From positions 87,978,001 through 88,042,000 of the forward strand of contig OX597814.1 in the NCBI GenBank assembly GCA_951406725.2: a stretch of DNA of 64,000 nt, read 5' to 3'. Of the stretch, positions 37,401 to 50,797 are shown piece by piece; within the stretch, counting starts at the first letter, position 1, and each line of letters starts with the position of its first letter. The DNA comes from Octopus vulgaris. Taxonomy: Eukaryota. The position numbers were made by a program, and so were the translations under genes. Below the pieces are notes generated by a model. That model saw only the letters and a program-made list of their open reading frames with translations. It did not search any database and was not told the origin of the DNA.

Positions 37401-40400
37401 GAAAATATTTTGATTGGTGATAAGCTTTGCATCATATTTGGTTAGTTCTGAAAACATGTTTGGTCATCAAGGGATAGCAAATGTTTTATATTTTCTTTTT
37501 TTTGTGATGTTATATATAAACTGAAAGAGTGAAAATAGTGAACTTGGCTAATATAATTATTGGCAATAGTTTTAGTTTTCTTTCATTTGTGCAGTCATCA
37601 GAATTATTTGATTGAAATTTTAATAGAAAACATCCTCACCATTTAACACCCATACATGTACATGTATATTTTACATTTTGTTTCCATACTGTCATGGTTG
37701 GAATTATTTGTCCATTTCAAGTATCTAACATTTTTACTAAATCTTGCTTCAATTGAGTTAGTACTTTTAACTATATTATTCTTTTGCCTAAATTAAGATG
37801 TTATTTGTTGTAATTGGATGACAGCCAACACTGCCTGCATCACCTGCCTGCCACCCATAACAGCTTCAGCTTTACAGATTCCCAAGGGGTCTCTGATTCT
37901 TCCAGTTCTGGATTTTCTATGATATAACATTTCCACATATAGTGATAATTAAGCTAGTGTTTTAAGGTGACCCCTACCTCTCATACATTTGTTAAGACAC
38001 TATCTCTAGAAGGGTCACCAGCCAAATCGTAAGAGGCCCTCTTCTCTATGAGACAGACTGCTGTACACCAACCTAATATTTGTTATTGAACAAATATATT
38101 TACTGCTAGCTGCCATTTCTATTGTTAATCAATCAGTTATTATGTGAAATCTGTTGACTATTCACAAACTGATATAAGCAGTTATTTTTTAACCCTGCCT
38201 CGCGGCATGGAAGATGGCTATAGTATTAACATTTCAATAAAATGTTTTCAGCCAAAAATCTTCAGTAAATTTTATATGATAAAAAAACAAACAAAAAGTA
38301 GTGTCTCATGTCTGTGAAAAAGGCCAAAATTGGCAGATGTATCACAGAGTTATTTTGTGGTAAGGTTACAAGAGATGATGGTGGTCAGTCACCGAAACAT
38401 TAGCCATTTGTTTGCGTGTGTGAATAACATATATAATATGAAAATAAAACACTTTTGATAAAATCTGAATTGTTCATTCAGTTGTTTATAAATGAAAGCA
38501 AGTGTCATCACGTGGCTTACTGACCATTGTGAGCTTAAGACACAGCTTTATTTCAAATCTTCATTTCTTGTTGAATTGTTTTGTTTCCCATATACCCCTA
38601 CTGCTCCTATTGTTCAAAATTCACTGTTTCTCCTTGCACAAAGCTAGCAGAATTTATCAACCATAGATTGATATCTCTCATTAGGGAATGTCAAGGAAAT
38701 GACTTTATTTGATGAGATGGATATCTTAGGATTGATATAAATAAATGTGCAGTCTTTTCAATATTTTTTTGAAATAAAGGTAAACAAAACATAAAGACTT
38801 GTGCCTACTGAACTTCTTTCTTATAGCTTCCTACATATTCTGTGGAAAATTATTTGACTGCATTTTAACGTTTTTCCATAACACATTAATACACAACATA
38901 TACTCCACAGAAGCTGAAGGCAGGAAAAGCATGCATGTACATCATTCTCATATTCTTCCTTCCCTATAAATTTGAAATTTTGTGCCTAATCATATAAGAT
39001 CAATATTCATGTTACATACTATTTTATTTTCTATTTGTATGTTGATAAAGATACCATGGTTAACTTTCTCTTTTTTGTCATTCAACTCTACCATCAACTT
39101 CACTAAATGCTTTATACCCACAATTCCACTCACAAAAACCTTTCACTAATAACTAGTACTGTTTACTTTTCACTGGTTCCACTTGCTTCCTCAGTTGACA
39201 AATTTGTAAAATCTTATAGCTGAACACTACTAGACCCAAATATCCAGTTGTATTTAAATTGTTACCCCATGTAATGCTTCCTTTTTGAAAGGATATCCTA
39301 ACTCTGCCAATAGGGATTCTTTTCAAATGGAGTATGAATGCAGCTATATGCCATAATCCCCTAGAAAGACTATTTTGGTTCCTTTATTACTCAGTTACTT
39401 CTACATTATAATTCATGTTTTACAGAGGTAATTAATAAACAAGTCTGAATGATTTATTTCATGAGTAAAGTGTTCAGAACCACTGCATAGCTATTTTTTT
39501 TTTTTTTTTTTCATACATACCACATCTCAACTACAATCTCTTTCTCTCTCACACACACACTTTCTTATCTCTATCGCTCTCTCTATCTGTTGGATGTCTG
39601 GAATGCAGGAAAATAAATAAGATATTAAACTAAGATGGTTAACACTCTTAGTGTCAATATTTTAAATTTCACTTTTGAAACTTTATATAGATATAAGCAA
39701 ATAGATTTCTAAATTCATCATTTTCCTTTTTCTCAATTTATCCTGATGTGACTTGTCATTAAGTTTCTTTTTTTGTGTGTATGTATGTGTGTGTGTTTTG
39801 TTTTTCCTTTTAATTCTATAATCTATATTTGTGTTTACTTGCCTGAAAAGCAGAAAAAAAAATTTATTATTTTACACTTGCAATTTTATTTAATATTGAG
39901 TTAATTTGAACTAATTATTCCTGAATTTCCTATATTTCCTATAATTTGATATCTGCTTCAAAGACTTTCACATTCCCTTTTAATATAGTAGTGTGTCTGT
40001 GAGTATATATTTGTCTGAGCAGATAGTGATGTTGGTTCAGCTATGTACACATTGTTTGTAATCACCACTCCAAAAGAATAACTATCTTCCATCAAACAAA
40101 CAAACAGAAGACCCAAATAATACATGATTTTGTATGTTTTACATAAAACCATATACTGTTGGTTTTATATATGTGAGTAGACCTATTAAAGGTATTTTAA
40201 CAGTAACATTTCCATCTTTTCATGTATTGGGGACTATATTTTTGAATGTATCTTTAAGATTGTAGGATGTGATTTGAGGGCAATTTAGTTGCTATTTCTT
40301 GTAAGTCTTGTTTATCACATGGTGGCTTCTCCCAAGTTTATTCTACAGCTGGAGTTTTTTGTTCTTATACTTACAATCAGAGGTTGTGATACAGTTGTCC

Positions 40401-40789
40401 TGACTGTTTTTTATCTCTTCACTATGTGTTTTCATTTAGTGCTATAAAAGCAACAATTAATTACCAGTTCTATGAACCTGTGAAGTTCATAGTAAGATTA
40501 ACTCTATTATAGATTATCAGCCACATGCAAAATTTTATCTTTCCTCGTCCACAGTGGTCCTCGGTTATTTTGGCTCAAACATTCCCATTTGATTTTGTAA
40601 AATCAAGCCCCTTCCCTGTCCCCTCAACATCACATTGCACTTATACAAGTATACTACTTTTGGCATCTTTATTTTAAGGAAATATTTGTTGCTTATTAAG
40701 GTGCCATAAGAACAATAATGGTAAATTCTAATTTATATAAATTTTAATTGGGTTGGAGAAAATCACATCTTAATATAAATCTGAAGAAA

Positions 40790-40975
40790 GACGGTGAGCT
40801 GGCAGAATTAACACACCGGTCTTTATGTGCTGGATTCAAATGCTACTGGAGTTGACTTGACCTTTCATCCTTTTGAAGTTATTAAATAAGCAGTAGTTGA
40901 GCACTGGGATTGATTTAATCAACTTAGCTCTTCCCCTGAACTTTCTGGCCTTGTGCCAAAATTTGAAACCAATAT
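40790..40975 (+). repeat. Old family A SINE
   Basis: GGTGAGCTGGCAGAA..CCTTTCATCCTTTTG..GGCCTTGTGCCAAAATTTGAAACC. Confidence 0.8.
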
Positions 40976-42122
40976 AAACCTGAAGTAATCAGAGTATATC
41001 TAGAGAATATGCTCAACTTGTGGGAGTGTTAAAACTTTAAGCAAGTGGAAAATAATAGTGATACCATATGAAGTACTGTTGTGACAGAGGATGTGGTAGC
41101 AAACCCCTTTATCTGTAAATATGGGAAAATAACTTATGCAAAACAATATTCTTCACAGAAATGAAATTGTAAAATAGCATTTTGAGATCAATTTAGAAAT
41201 GATTATGAAAATTGTACAATGAATGGCAAAAACAGAAAAGATTTTTTCCTTCAAATATGCAGTTATGTCTTGATGTCTGCTAACCATAATAGTGTCCCCT
41301 TAAGTTCCACAGTCAGTTATGTTAGTAGAATTTATTTTTTTTATCCAGAAAAACTTCTACAATTTTAATGTTAAAAAACCCCTTGCAATTTGTTGGTGTT
41401 AACAGAACAAATAATAACTCTACAGCACTCTTGATAGGGAGCATAATGCCCATGTACTCAAAGTAATAACTCATTAGCCCTCAGAATAGTTTCAGCAATT
41501 TGCAGAATAAACTGTTTCTCTTTTTGGAGTGTATTTCATATCAAGAGACATTTCACCTTTCATGTAACAGTGTAATTACTGATTAGGATACGTCTGATTA
41601 TCACCATAAGATTGAGAAACAATAGACAGCATTTCTGAAAAAATGATTCACCAAAGCTCTGTGACTTTCCCAACTTCAGTATGAATCTAGTTCTCAAATT
41701 TCCCTGATTTAAAAATTAAAAAAAAAATTCCTAATGTATTTAACCTGTTTCTGAATTTGTTTGTTTGTTTGTTTGTTAAATCCTAGAAGTATGGTCTTTG
41801 AACATTTATCACAGCTGTTTATACAGATGATCTTTCATAGTCTTATTGAAAACTTTGTACTGGCAAAGTAAACTTAGAGGTAATAGAGGGTCTTATGGGA
41901 ACAGGGCTCATAACATAAATGATAGAAAAATTGAACCTTTTTTCTCATTATTAGATGCCATTTTAGGGATAGAAGTTTTCAAATTAAAAATTACATTCAA
42001 GCAATCTGATTACTAGCATTGCTGTTTTGCACTTAATTTCAAATATCTATATATATATATATTACATCCTTACATCCTATATAAACAAACATAAGCTTGT
42101 CTTTTTAGCAGTATTGAAATAT

Positions 42123-42273
42123 ATAGGAAGATATATATTTTTTTCAATGCATAAATGCTGATAGAACAGCAGAGACAGGATAAAATCCTTACAGAGAGGA
42201 AAAATTTGTCAGAATTTTATCCTGTCTCTGCTGTTCTATCAGCATTTAGGCATTGAAAAATATATCTTCCTAT
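42123..42273. repeat. Long near-perfect inverted repeat / hairpin
   Basis: 35-nt perfect core 42152-42186 versus 42214-42248, extending to ~60-nt arms. Confidence 0.9.
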
Positions 42274-43690
42274 TTGAACCATATTTATATATAATATATA
42301 TATTTATATATACTGTGTGTGTGTACTAGCTATGCATGCAGACTGTCAGCAGTCATCTGCTACTTCAGATATGCTGCAATGTGTGTTTATTTTTGTACAT
42401 TTCTTTGTACTTAGTGACTTGGTTAGTAATATTAAAATATTGTCATCCATTGGCTTAAGATTATACAAATGATTAGCTCAGTTGTCCTATAAACAATTAG
42501 TCACCCAATTGAACAGAGTGGCTGTAATTATAATGATGTATTTGCACATTAAAGTTATTTTATTTAGCATTTTGTATCCTTTGCATGATGTAATATCTCC
42601 CTGTTATTTAGTAGAATAACAGAAACTGTTTCCTGTATAGAATAGACACAATAATTTATTTTCATGTAAAGCATAGTGTAAAAATCTGAATCTAGTTGAA
42701 GATTACCATTCTGTAATGTATTTATGGAAAGGTTTATTTTTTTACCTTTTTCTCCTATTATTTGCATTAATCTCCAATGTAATACACAAAGGTAAAGGTT
42801 CAAATTTAGTTAAAATTAATAATTCTATTCTTTATTGTTAAAATATATGACTAAAAAATATTTGTACTTGGAAAAGCATGTTTATACATTTTATGAGTTC
42901 TGTCCTGTCTTATGTGTAATGGCCCTTCCCTTTGTTACTGTCCTGTTTGAGAATTGCTGGTCTATGTATTTGTGTATTTTCATTCATTAACTGCTTTCTT
43001 CATTTCAATAAATGCTATGAAGCGAAGGAGAGGAAGATATTTTCACTTTTCAAAACCATGAAGTAAATTTGTTTACATAGATGTCTTTATTAATTTTTTT
43101 TTTTTTTTTTTTTGTTTATAATTTCATGACTAACAGGAAAAGATAATTTTTATCAGAAAAGTGAAAACTTTATAATAACAGTATTCTGAAAGATACTCAG
43201 TTATACTTGCTTCATCTAGTCTGCCAATTATTCTAATGGTTTTTAAATTAAATGTTTATCAAAATCCTTGCCATTTTGTCTAGATATATATTTTTTTCCT
43301 TCCTTTTCATTTTTGTAAAATACTGATGTTATATTTAAAAAACAAAATGTTTGTTTAAAGAATTAAAAAAAAAAACTTTTGCTTTAAGAAATGCAATTCA
43401 TATATAATACATCTTGGAATCGTTTTTTTTTTTATCAATATTTGTTTTTAAAAATAAGTTTTGTTCAAATTTTAAAGGTTTAAATGTCTAAAAACTCGAA
43501 GAATGGATTCTGTTTACATTCTGATAGGCAATGCAATTCCTGTAAATACCACACAGTTATTACTGATGTATTTATATATTTTTTAATCATGATATAAATT
43601 ATCATGGTATAAATTACTATTACTATTTCTACTACAATTTCAAATGTCATTTTGTACATTATGGATTTGTATCACACAATTTTTTTTCAA

Positions 43691-43696
43691 AATAAA
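43691..43696 (+). terminator. Candidate distal polyadenylation signal AATAAA
   Basis: AATAAA with upstream TGTA motifs and a downstream T-rich tract, just before repeat-dense DNA begins. Other AATAAA occur at 31758 and 43007. Confidence 0.35.
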
Positions 43697-44030
43697 TACC
43701 TGAATTACTAAAAAAAAAGTGATTTATTTTATTTTATATTCTACTTTTTGTAAAAAAATAAAAGATTGTTAGTTATAGGTTTCCAGTTAACCAATCACTT
43801 GTTCCTTGCATTTCTGATGGCTGGAATTGCAATAGAGTGTCAATGCAATGTGGTTGGAATACACACTGAAGTATTTTGTGTTTAATGTATGGGTTTATTG
43901 ATTTTCTTGATATGTATTTCTTTTACTGATATACATATATGACAAGCTACAGTTAATGTCTAACAAACTTTTACTCACCAAGGCATTGATCAGTCTGAAG
44001 CTGTGGTGGTAGAGGGGCCATAATATAACA

Positions 44031-44252
44031 TTAACCTTTTGCATTTAAACTGGCCATATCCAACCAAAATATTCTGCTTTATGTTCAAACTGGCCAGATG
44101 TGGCTTCTCACATCAGCCCTACAATATCATTGTAAAAATTAAGTTATCTCATCAGAATCCTCAAATCTACAAGGTAATGTATGATTACTTGAAAACAATG
44201 TCACTAAATAAACATTACTTTTGATAGAATAATGTGAATGGTGAAGGGTTAA
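44031..44252 (+). mobile_element. piggyBac-like MITE (TTAA-CC...GGG-TTAA)
   Basis: TTAACCTTTTGCATT...GAAGGGTTAA, homologous to the inverted copy at 44827-45052. Confidence 0.65.
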
Positions 44253-44456
44253 ACTCAGTTATATGGTTGTAAAAGGAATTTCTTAGCCTTACAACAATCC
44301 TGTTCCTCAATTAATCTTAGCATTATTATGTCTCAGGAGGCATCTGTGAATCAGTGCATTTCTGACTGTTCACAGTTCAATTCACTTTGACTCAGAGTAC
44401 TGATAAATACCAGAAATATGCTATGAACATGTTTTCAAGTTAACCTTGTTGACATT

Positions 44457-44669
44457 ACAAGATGCAGCACGGATTTTTGTTAGTGAACAGGTCGCGGTCT
44501 TATAGCGACGAAAATATTTTGACAAATTAAACTTAAATGTTGAAGTGAATCGAACGGCTTTTGTGTGTTTCTTAAATGGCTTACAAACATCTTCCATGCT
44601 GCAATTGTTTTTGTTCCATCACACGATCTCAGATCAAATCATTTGCTATGCAAGTACATCTCCGTAAAT
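44457..44669. mobile_element. ~210-bp CpG-retaining insertion with 12-bp direct repeat flanks
   Basis: CTTGTTGACATT at 44445-44456 and 44670-44681. Confidence 0.6.
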
Positions 44670-44826
44670 CTTGTTGACATTGTGCTTTACTAATGAATTT
44701 TGTTATTGTCATATCTTGGTTGGGAGATGTCATAGCAGACATAATTGCCAACCATGAATAATTAATTTAACTTAGAAATATTGTAGGGAAATTACGTGTA
44801 TACACAGCCATTGCATCGAACATCTC

Positions 44827-45052
44827 TTAACCCTTTGACATTCAGATTTCTTTGATAAATGTATTGCTTATTTATTCACATTGTTATATGTTAATCAGGT
44901 ATTATCTTGTAGCTTTGAGGTTTCAGTGGTGTGTTTGTATAATTTTAGAATGACATGGTAGTGTAGGTGTTAGTTTGGATCTGGTCAGTTTTAACATAAA
45001 GCAGGTAGAATATTTGGGCAGGATATGGCTGGATTAAATGCTCAAGGCTTAA
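44827..45052 (-). mobile_element. piggyBac-like MITE, inverted relative to 44031-44252
   Basis: TTAACCCTTTGACATTC...AATGCTCAAGGCTTAA. Confidence 0.65.
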
Positions 45053-45379
45053 GCCTAGCCTCTCTTTAGTAGAAAAAATTACAAACTATCCTATAATAAA
45101 TTCAACTGGATCAACTATCTTAATTAGCCTACCTATTAAAATAAGTAGGCTATCATTATCAAAAGTTGTTGATATAGAAATGTTAAATGATCAACAAATT
45201 GGATACAGTATGTCCTAATTGCTACAGTCTACTTTTTAAATAATCAAACTTTGTCATTTAGCAGGACTTCTACTTCTCAAATGTTTTTCAACTATTGCTC
45301 CTTTCCTTTATTGCAATGCCTCCTTGCTACTATTTTTTTTATATACCCAGGCCTATTTCCCATTATTTTAGGAGGGGGT

Positions 45380-47000
45380 GGCCACAACAAGACACACACC
45401 AGGCATTCCATTCATTTCCCAGCTCAGTGCAACCCCCAATATCAGCAGCGGGGCCCAACAGCATATACTGGTTTACCCCAACCGCTTCATGCTGGTTCCG
45501 TACCCTTTTGAGCATCATCAGATTCATTCATCTGTTCACAAATACTCTCCAAACTTTCCTGTCATTTATAAACTCTCTTGCCTCTCTCATTCCAACACCT
45601 CTAACCACCAAAGCTTTCCTCACTCCATCCATCCACACAAACTGAGGTCTATCTCTGGTTCTACTGCATACCACTTCTGCCTTCATCATCCTCCTTACCA
45701 TCCACTCCTCATCCATCCTCTCCATGTGGCCAAACCCCCTCAACATTTGTCTATCCATTTTGGTTGTTAGTTTTTCTCTCATTCCTGCTCACCGTTGGTT
45801 CCTCCTCATTCCTTATCCTTGTCCATCCATGTCACACCAACCGTAGCCCTCAGACATCTCATCTCGCCTCCTTTCCGCCTCTCTCGGCCCTCACATCTCT
45901 GTACCATATAACATTGTTGGCACAATCATACCCATGTACACGCCTCTTTTTGCTTTCATACTCAACCTTTTATCTCTCAGCATACCTTTCACAACTCCAA
46001 TTATCTTACTCTCCTCCCTCACTCTGTATCCCACATCCTCAGTCACCCCCACCCCCCCCATCCACCATCATATGCGATCCCTGATACTTAAAAACACTCA
46101 CCTCTAACATCTCACCATTTATACTCACATTCATCCTACCAGCCATTCCATCTCTCGAACATTTCATCACCTTACTCTTAGCTACATTCACTTTCAGTTT
46201 CCTCCTCTCACACACTCTTCCAAACTCTACCACCAGTTTCCTCAGTTGCTCTTCTGAATCCGCCACCAGTGCTGTAACATCAGCAAAAATGGACTCACCT
46301 TCCATTTCTCCCCATTTTCTCACTAAAATATACTACCTATCTCCTTTGTACATCCTCACTTCCCTTCAACAAATTTCTATTTACATCCTTCACCCTTTCT
46401 TCCCTTCCTCCAACCACCTTCCTTACCCTCTGTACCTCTTTCTAAAACATCTTTTTATTTCTTACAAAATGCTCACTTAACTTTTCCTGAACCTTTCACT
46501 CGCCTCCCACTTCGCTACCCTCACCACTCTCTTTACCCTCCTCTTCACTTCTCTGTAGTGATCATAAGCTTCTCCATCTCTTTTCTGAACCACTCTTCAA
46601 AGGCCCTTTTTTTCTCTGCCACCACATCCCTTTCCTGCTCATTCCACCACTCACTACATTTCCTCACACCCATTCCAACCACTCGCGTACCACATACCTC
46701 AGAAACACAACTCATTACTGTCTCTCTAAAAGCCTCTCACTTCTCCACATCTCCCACCTCCCGTTTCTTAACCTGTTCATATTCATCTCTCAGTTTCTCT
46801 ACATACTCCTCTCTCCTATCCAGTTCACTCACCTTCACAACCGCTCTCCTCCATGTCACTCGTTTATAATTCCATTTTGAGCATACCTGCAACTTACTCT
46901 GTACTAAGAAGTGATCTGACACTTCTCCACCTTCACCTCTCATTACATGCACATCCACCAACCTTTCTACCACTCTCTTATCAATTGGATATGACTATAA
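45380..47000 (-). mobile_element. Decayed, internally deleted RTE-like LINE (APE C-terminus, linker, RT C-terminus)
   Basis: GEVSDHFLV (APE), IFADVTALVA..RKLKVNVAKSKVM (RT), LRGFGHMERM..WMDGV. Confidence 0.88.
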
Positions 47001-47355
47001 ACTACATCCGGTAGTGGGGCCCTGGTTTCAGGGTTTGAGGAGTGTGGAACTACCTCTTAGCCACTATTGATCCCAGGTCTACTCTGGCCCAGGATGGTAG
47101 CACCTGTAAGGATCCCAGCTATGGGTTAATTAGCAAACCTCCCAGTGACGGGGGAGGGGTCGGTAGAATGCAGTCGCCGTATTCCCTGCGTGGCGTAAGA
47201 GGTGACTAAAAGGGGCGGGAACGAAGGCACTTGGAATCCACTCATAGCAATTTCATATTTCTAAAAAGACAATCTTGCTACTACTCAAAATTATATTCTC
47301 AGCAAAAAATTGCTACTGATCACTATTCAGATACTATTGTCATCTCATCAAAATA

Positions 47356-48603
47356 TGAGGGTCGGCTAAAAAGTCCATAGGCTTAGAAAATACTCTCATG
47401 GAATGTGATCAAATGAGGTTTATTTTTTTACATTGTTCTTCTTGGAGTCCACACACTTCTTCCATCGGTGTTGCAGTGCTTCGATCTCATGGTTAAAAAC
47501 GTCAACAGCAGATATGACGTCATTATCATTGTCTAACTTGTCCCCAGCTAAGCGTTTTTTTTTTTTCGTATTGGGGAACAGATGATAGTCAGATGGAGTC
47601 AAATCATGAAAATAGGGACGGTGATCAATCACTTCAAAGCTACAGTTATGCTCAGTAGCCATTAAAACCAAGGACTGGTGTGCTGGAGCATTGTCCTGAT
47701 GAAACAAGACTCCTTTCGTCAATTTTCCTGGGCTTTGATCTTGATAGCCTTTCATAATTGCATCAGGTTGGCATAATACTCTCTATTGATGGTGTGGCCC
47801 TTTTGAAGATAGTCAATAAACACAATGCCTTTTGCATCCTCCAAAACTGAGGTCATCACCTTCACTGCAGGTGAAACGACTCTGGCCTTCTTTGGAGGAG
47901 GTGAGGAGGAATGTTTCCATTGCATAGATTGTCTCTGGCTCAAAGTGACAAAACCAACGCTCATTCACTCATCCTGGGTTGGAAAACGTTTATGGAAAGC
48001 AGCTGGATTTGTCTCAAACAATTTCAGATTTTCCCGTGGTGTGATCACCTTCGTACGCTTTTGATCAAGTGTCAGAAGACGTGGCGCTCACCGAGCAGAA
48101 ACGTTTGTCATATTAAGTTCATTGTACAGAATATTCTGAACCCTTCCACTGGATATGCTAATAGTACTGGCTATTTGATTTATAGTTAATCACCTGTCAT
48201 CCATCAGCATGTGGGAAACATGATCGATGTTTTCCTTGGTGGTGGCAGTTGCAGAACGTCCAGACGTTGGGTCATCTTAAAAAGACTTACCCTTCTTATA
48301 AATTCAGCTGTCCACTTTTGCACTTGATAAAACTGGAGCATCATCCCTTAATGTAGCAATCATGTCGGCGTGAATATCTTTGGGGGCTAAAACCTTTTCC
48401 TGAAGGTACTTGATAACATCATGATGCCAAGTTTTGTTGATTTTTCAAGAGAAGTCATAACTAGTTACTTTTGAAGTCTCTTTGAACAGGCAGATGTCCG
48501 TTTACCTCGAAAGGAATAAAAAATTTTAATTAATGCGCGCAAGATTTCACTGCTCTAGCATCGCTCTTTTAAAGTCAGCCTAGAAAAGTTTCAGCCTACC
48601 TCA
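47356..48603 (-). mobile_element. Near full-length defective mariner (irritans/Himar-like)
   Basis: TA-flanked imperfect TIRs, ~1.25 kb. Peptides KVMTSVLEDAKGIVFIDYL, FHQDNAPAH, PYFHDLTPSDYHLF. Confidence 0.92.
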
Positions 48604-49439
48604 TAATATGGAATGTCAAAATATTTTGTCCACAAATAATACGTGATGATTCACACACAATAAAAATTGGAAATATTTTTGAAAATTAGGACAATTAAAG
48701 AAATGCAGCTTACAAATTCTTTTTGAATGGTGCTACTATTACCATCACTCACAAATATTCTAGACCTGTATCCAAAACAGGTCATCCTTCACTAATATAA
48801 CGGCTTTTCATCAGAACCAGGAAGCTGCATAGTATTTGCTCAAAGCATCCCCAGGATATCTATTTCTCAAATTCTTTATCTTCTCTCGTCATCACTGTCT
48901 CATCCCACAAATCTTTCTGATCAATCTTTCCTCCCTAGAATAAAACCCCTCTGGAATGTCTTCCCTACAGAAGTTTTTCTAAAGGGCGTCAACCGGATAC
49001 TGGCATATATGAACATTAATCGGTGGTCATCAGCATTAAAAGCTAGGCGAATATTAGGTATGAAAGCTGAAAGCCTCGACCAAATAATTAATTTCAGCAA
49101 CATATTGAGCTCAAAATCATATCGTGATTTATTTTATTTTAAAACCAATAGCAGTGTGGTGTGAGATATTGTATTAATTTCTAGTTGCTGCAACATCACT
49201 AAATTTACACCACTTGTAAAGATATGAATATTACAATATCCGATTTCCTCATTATTTTAAAATATGTAGTGAAAAAATTATACAAAAGAAACCAATGATT
49301 TCCACATTATATTAGAACTTCACTGAAACGATTTTCCCGTTTTCTGTCCTTTCTACTCTACTACAAACATACCTATTTTTCTGAACTAACAGAGTCAAAT
49401 CTGTTTGATGCACCTGCTTTATTTCTTGTCACCAGTACC

Positions 49440-49663
49440 TATTTCTTTACTACCCACAAGGGGCTAAACACAGAGAGGACAAACACACGGATTAAGTCGA
49501 TTATATCGACCCCAGTGCGTAACTGGTACTTATTTAATCGACCCCGAAAGGATGAAAGGCAAAGTCAACCTCGGCGGAGTTTGAACTCAGAACGTAACGG
49601 CAGACGAAATACGGCTACGCATTTCGCCCAGCGTGCTAACGTTTCTGCCAGCTCGCCGCCTTA
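49440..49663 (-). mobile_element. Young family A SINE with 12-bp TSD
   Basis: Reverse complement of the 62043 copy. TSD GTCACCAGTACC at 49428-49439 and 49664-49675. Confidence 0.92.
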
Positions 49664-49964
49664 GTCACCAGTACCGTTCCATATCCCACAATCCCATTTC
49701 CTCTAACTCTTTCTGCCGTAAACTGCATTCTTCTGGAACTCCTGCTTTATCTTTTACTTGTTTCAGTCATTGGACTGTGACCATGCTGGGGCACCGTCTT
49801 GAAGGGTTTTAATGGAACGAATCGACTCCAGTATTTATTTTTAAAGCCCGGCATTTACTCTATCGATATTTTGCCGGACTGTTAAATTATGGCGACCTAA
49901 ACAAACCAACACCGATTGTCAAGTGGTGGTGGTGGTGGTGGGGGGGGGCACACACAAAGACATA

Positions 49965-50746
49965 CACTGGCCAAAATAAGTTTAAGACCGATATTGACAG
50001 TTCTATTCTTTCATTAACTTTTTAACAAAACTATAAAACTATTTTGCATTTTACAGTATGTGTAGAACTTTTTTCTCTTTCGAATGATATAGGCATTATA
50101 AATCTTTCTACAATTTGGACGGCGTCTAACGTAAGTCTTTCTATGTGATCCAAAGATGCAGAAGTGGGATTCGTCGCTCCAAAGAACTTTTGACCAGTCT
50201 TCAGCCGTCCATTCAATATGGCTTTTAACAAACTCGATCCGCTTCCACCAGTTCGTCTCAGAAATTATCGGCTTCTTTCGAGCAATCCGGCCGAACAGTC
50301 CAAATTCTTTTCTGACAGTTTGTGGTGTAAAGCTGATGTCAGTTTCTTCCGATAATTGCTTGCAAATGTCCACTGCTGTTAGCATTCGGTTACCTTCAGA
50401 GAGCCTATGAATTCACCTGTACTGTTGTTTTTCTCAGAGCGCCCGTTCTTTGCCGATCTTTGTATTGGCCAGTGGCTTGGTAAAGCTTCCATGCTTGAAC
50501 ACAAGCCGTTTTGTTGCATCCTAATTATTTGTTAATGTTCATGAAGGATACATTTTGCTGAAGAAGCAACACGATCTTTGATCTAGTAACTGGGCTGATA
50601 CTACGACGCTTTCCCATAGTGAATTAATGCGTAACAATGATCGATTATTAAACAAAACAATGCAGTACGACCAGCCATATGACCATCCATTTGATTTGTT
50701 AATTTGCATAATCTTGGTACGCTCTTAAACTTATTTTGCCGACAGT
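49965..50746 (-). mobile_element. Internally deleted Tc1-like element
   Basis: TIRs CACTGGCCAAAATAAGTTTAAGAC / CTCTTAAACTTATTTTGCCGACAGT. Peptide RIARKKP..WSKVLWSDESHF..YVRRR. Confidence 0.9.
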
Positions 50747-50797
50747 TTCATGGGAGCTTGATAAACATTCAAATTATCTACAGTAAAACATATACAC

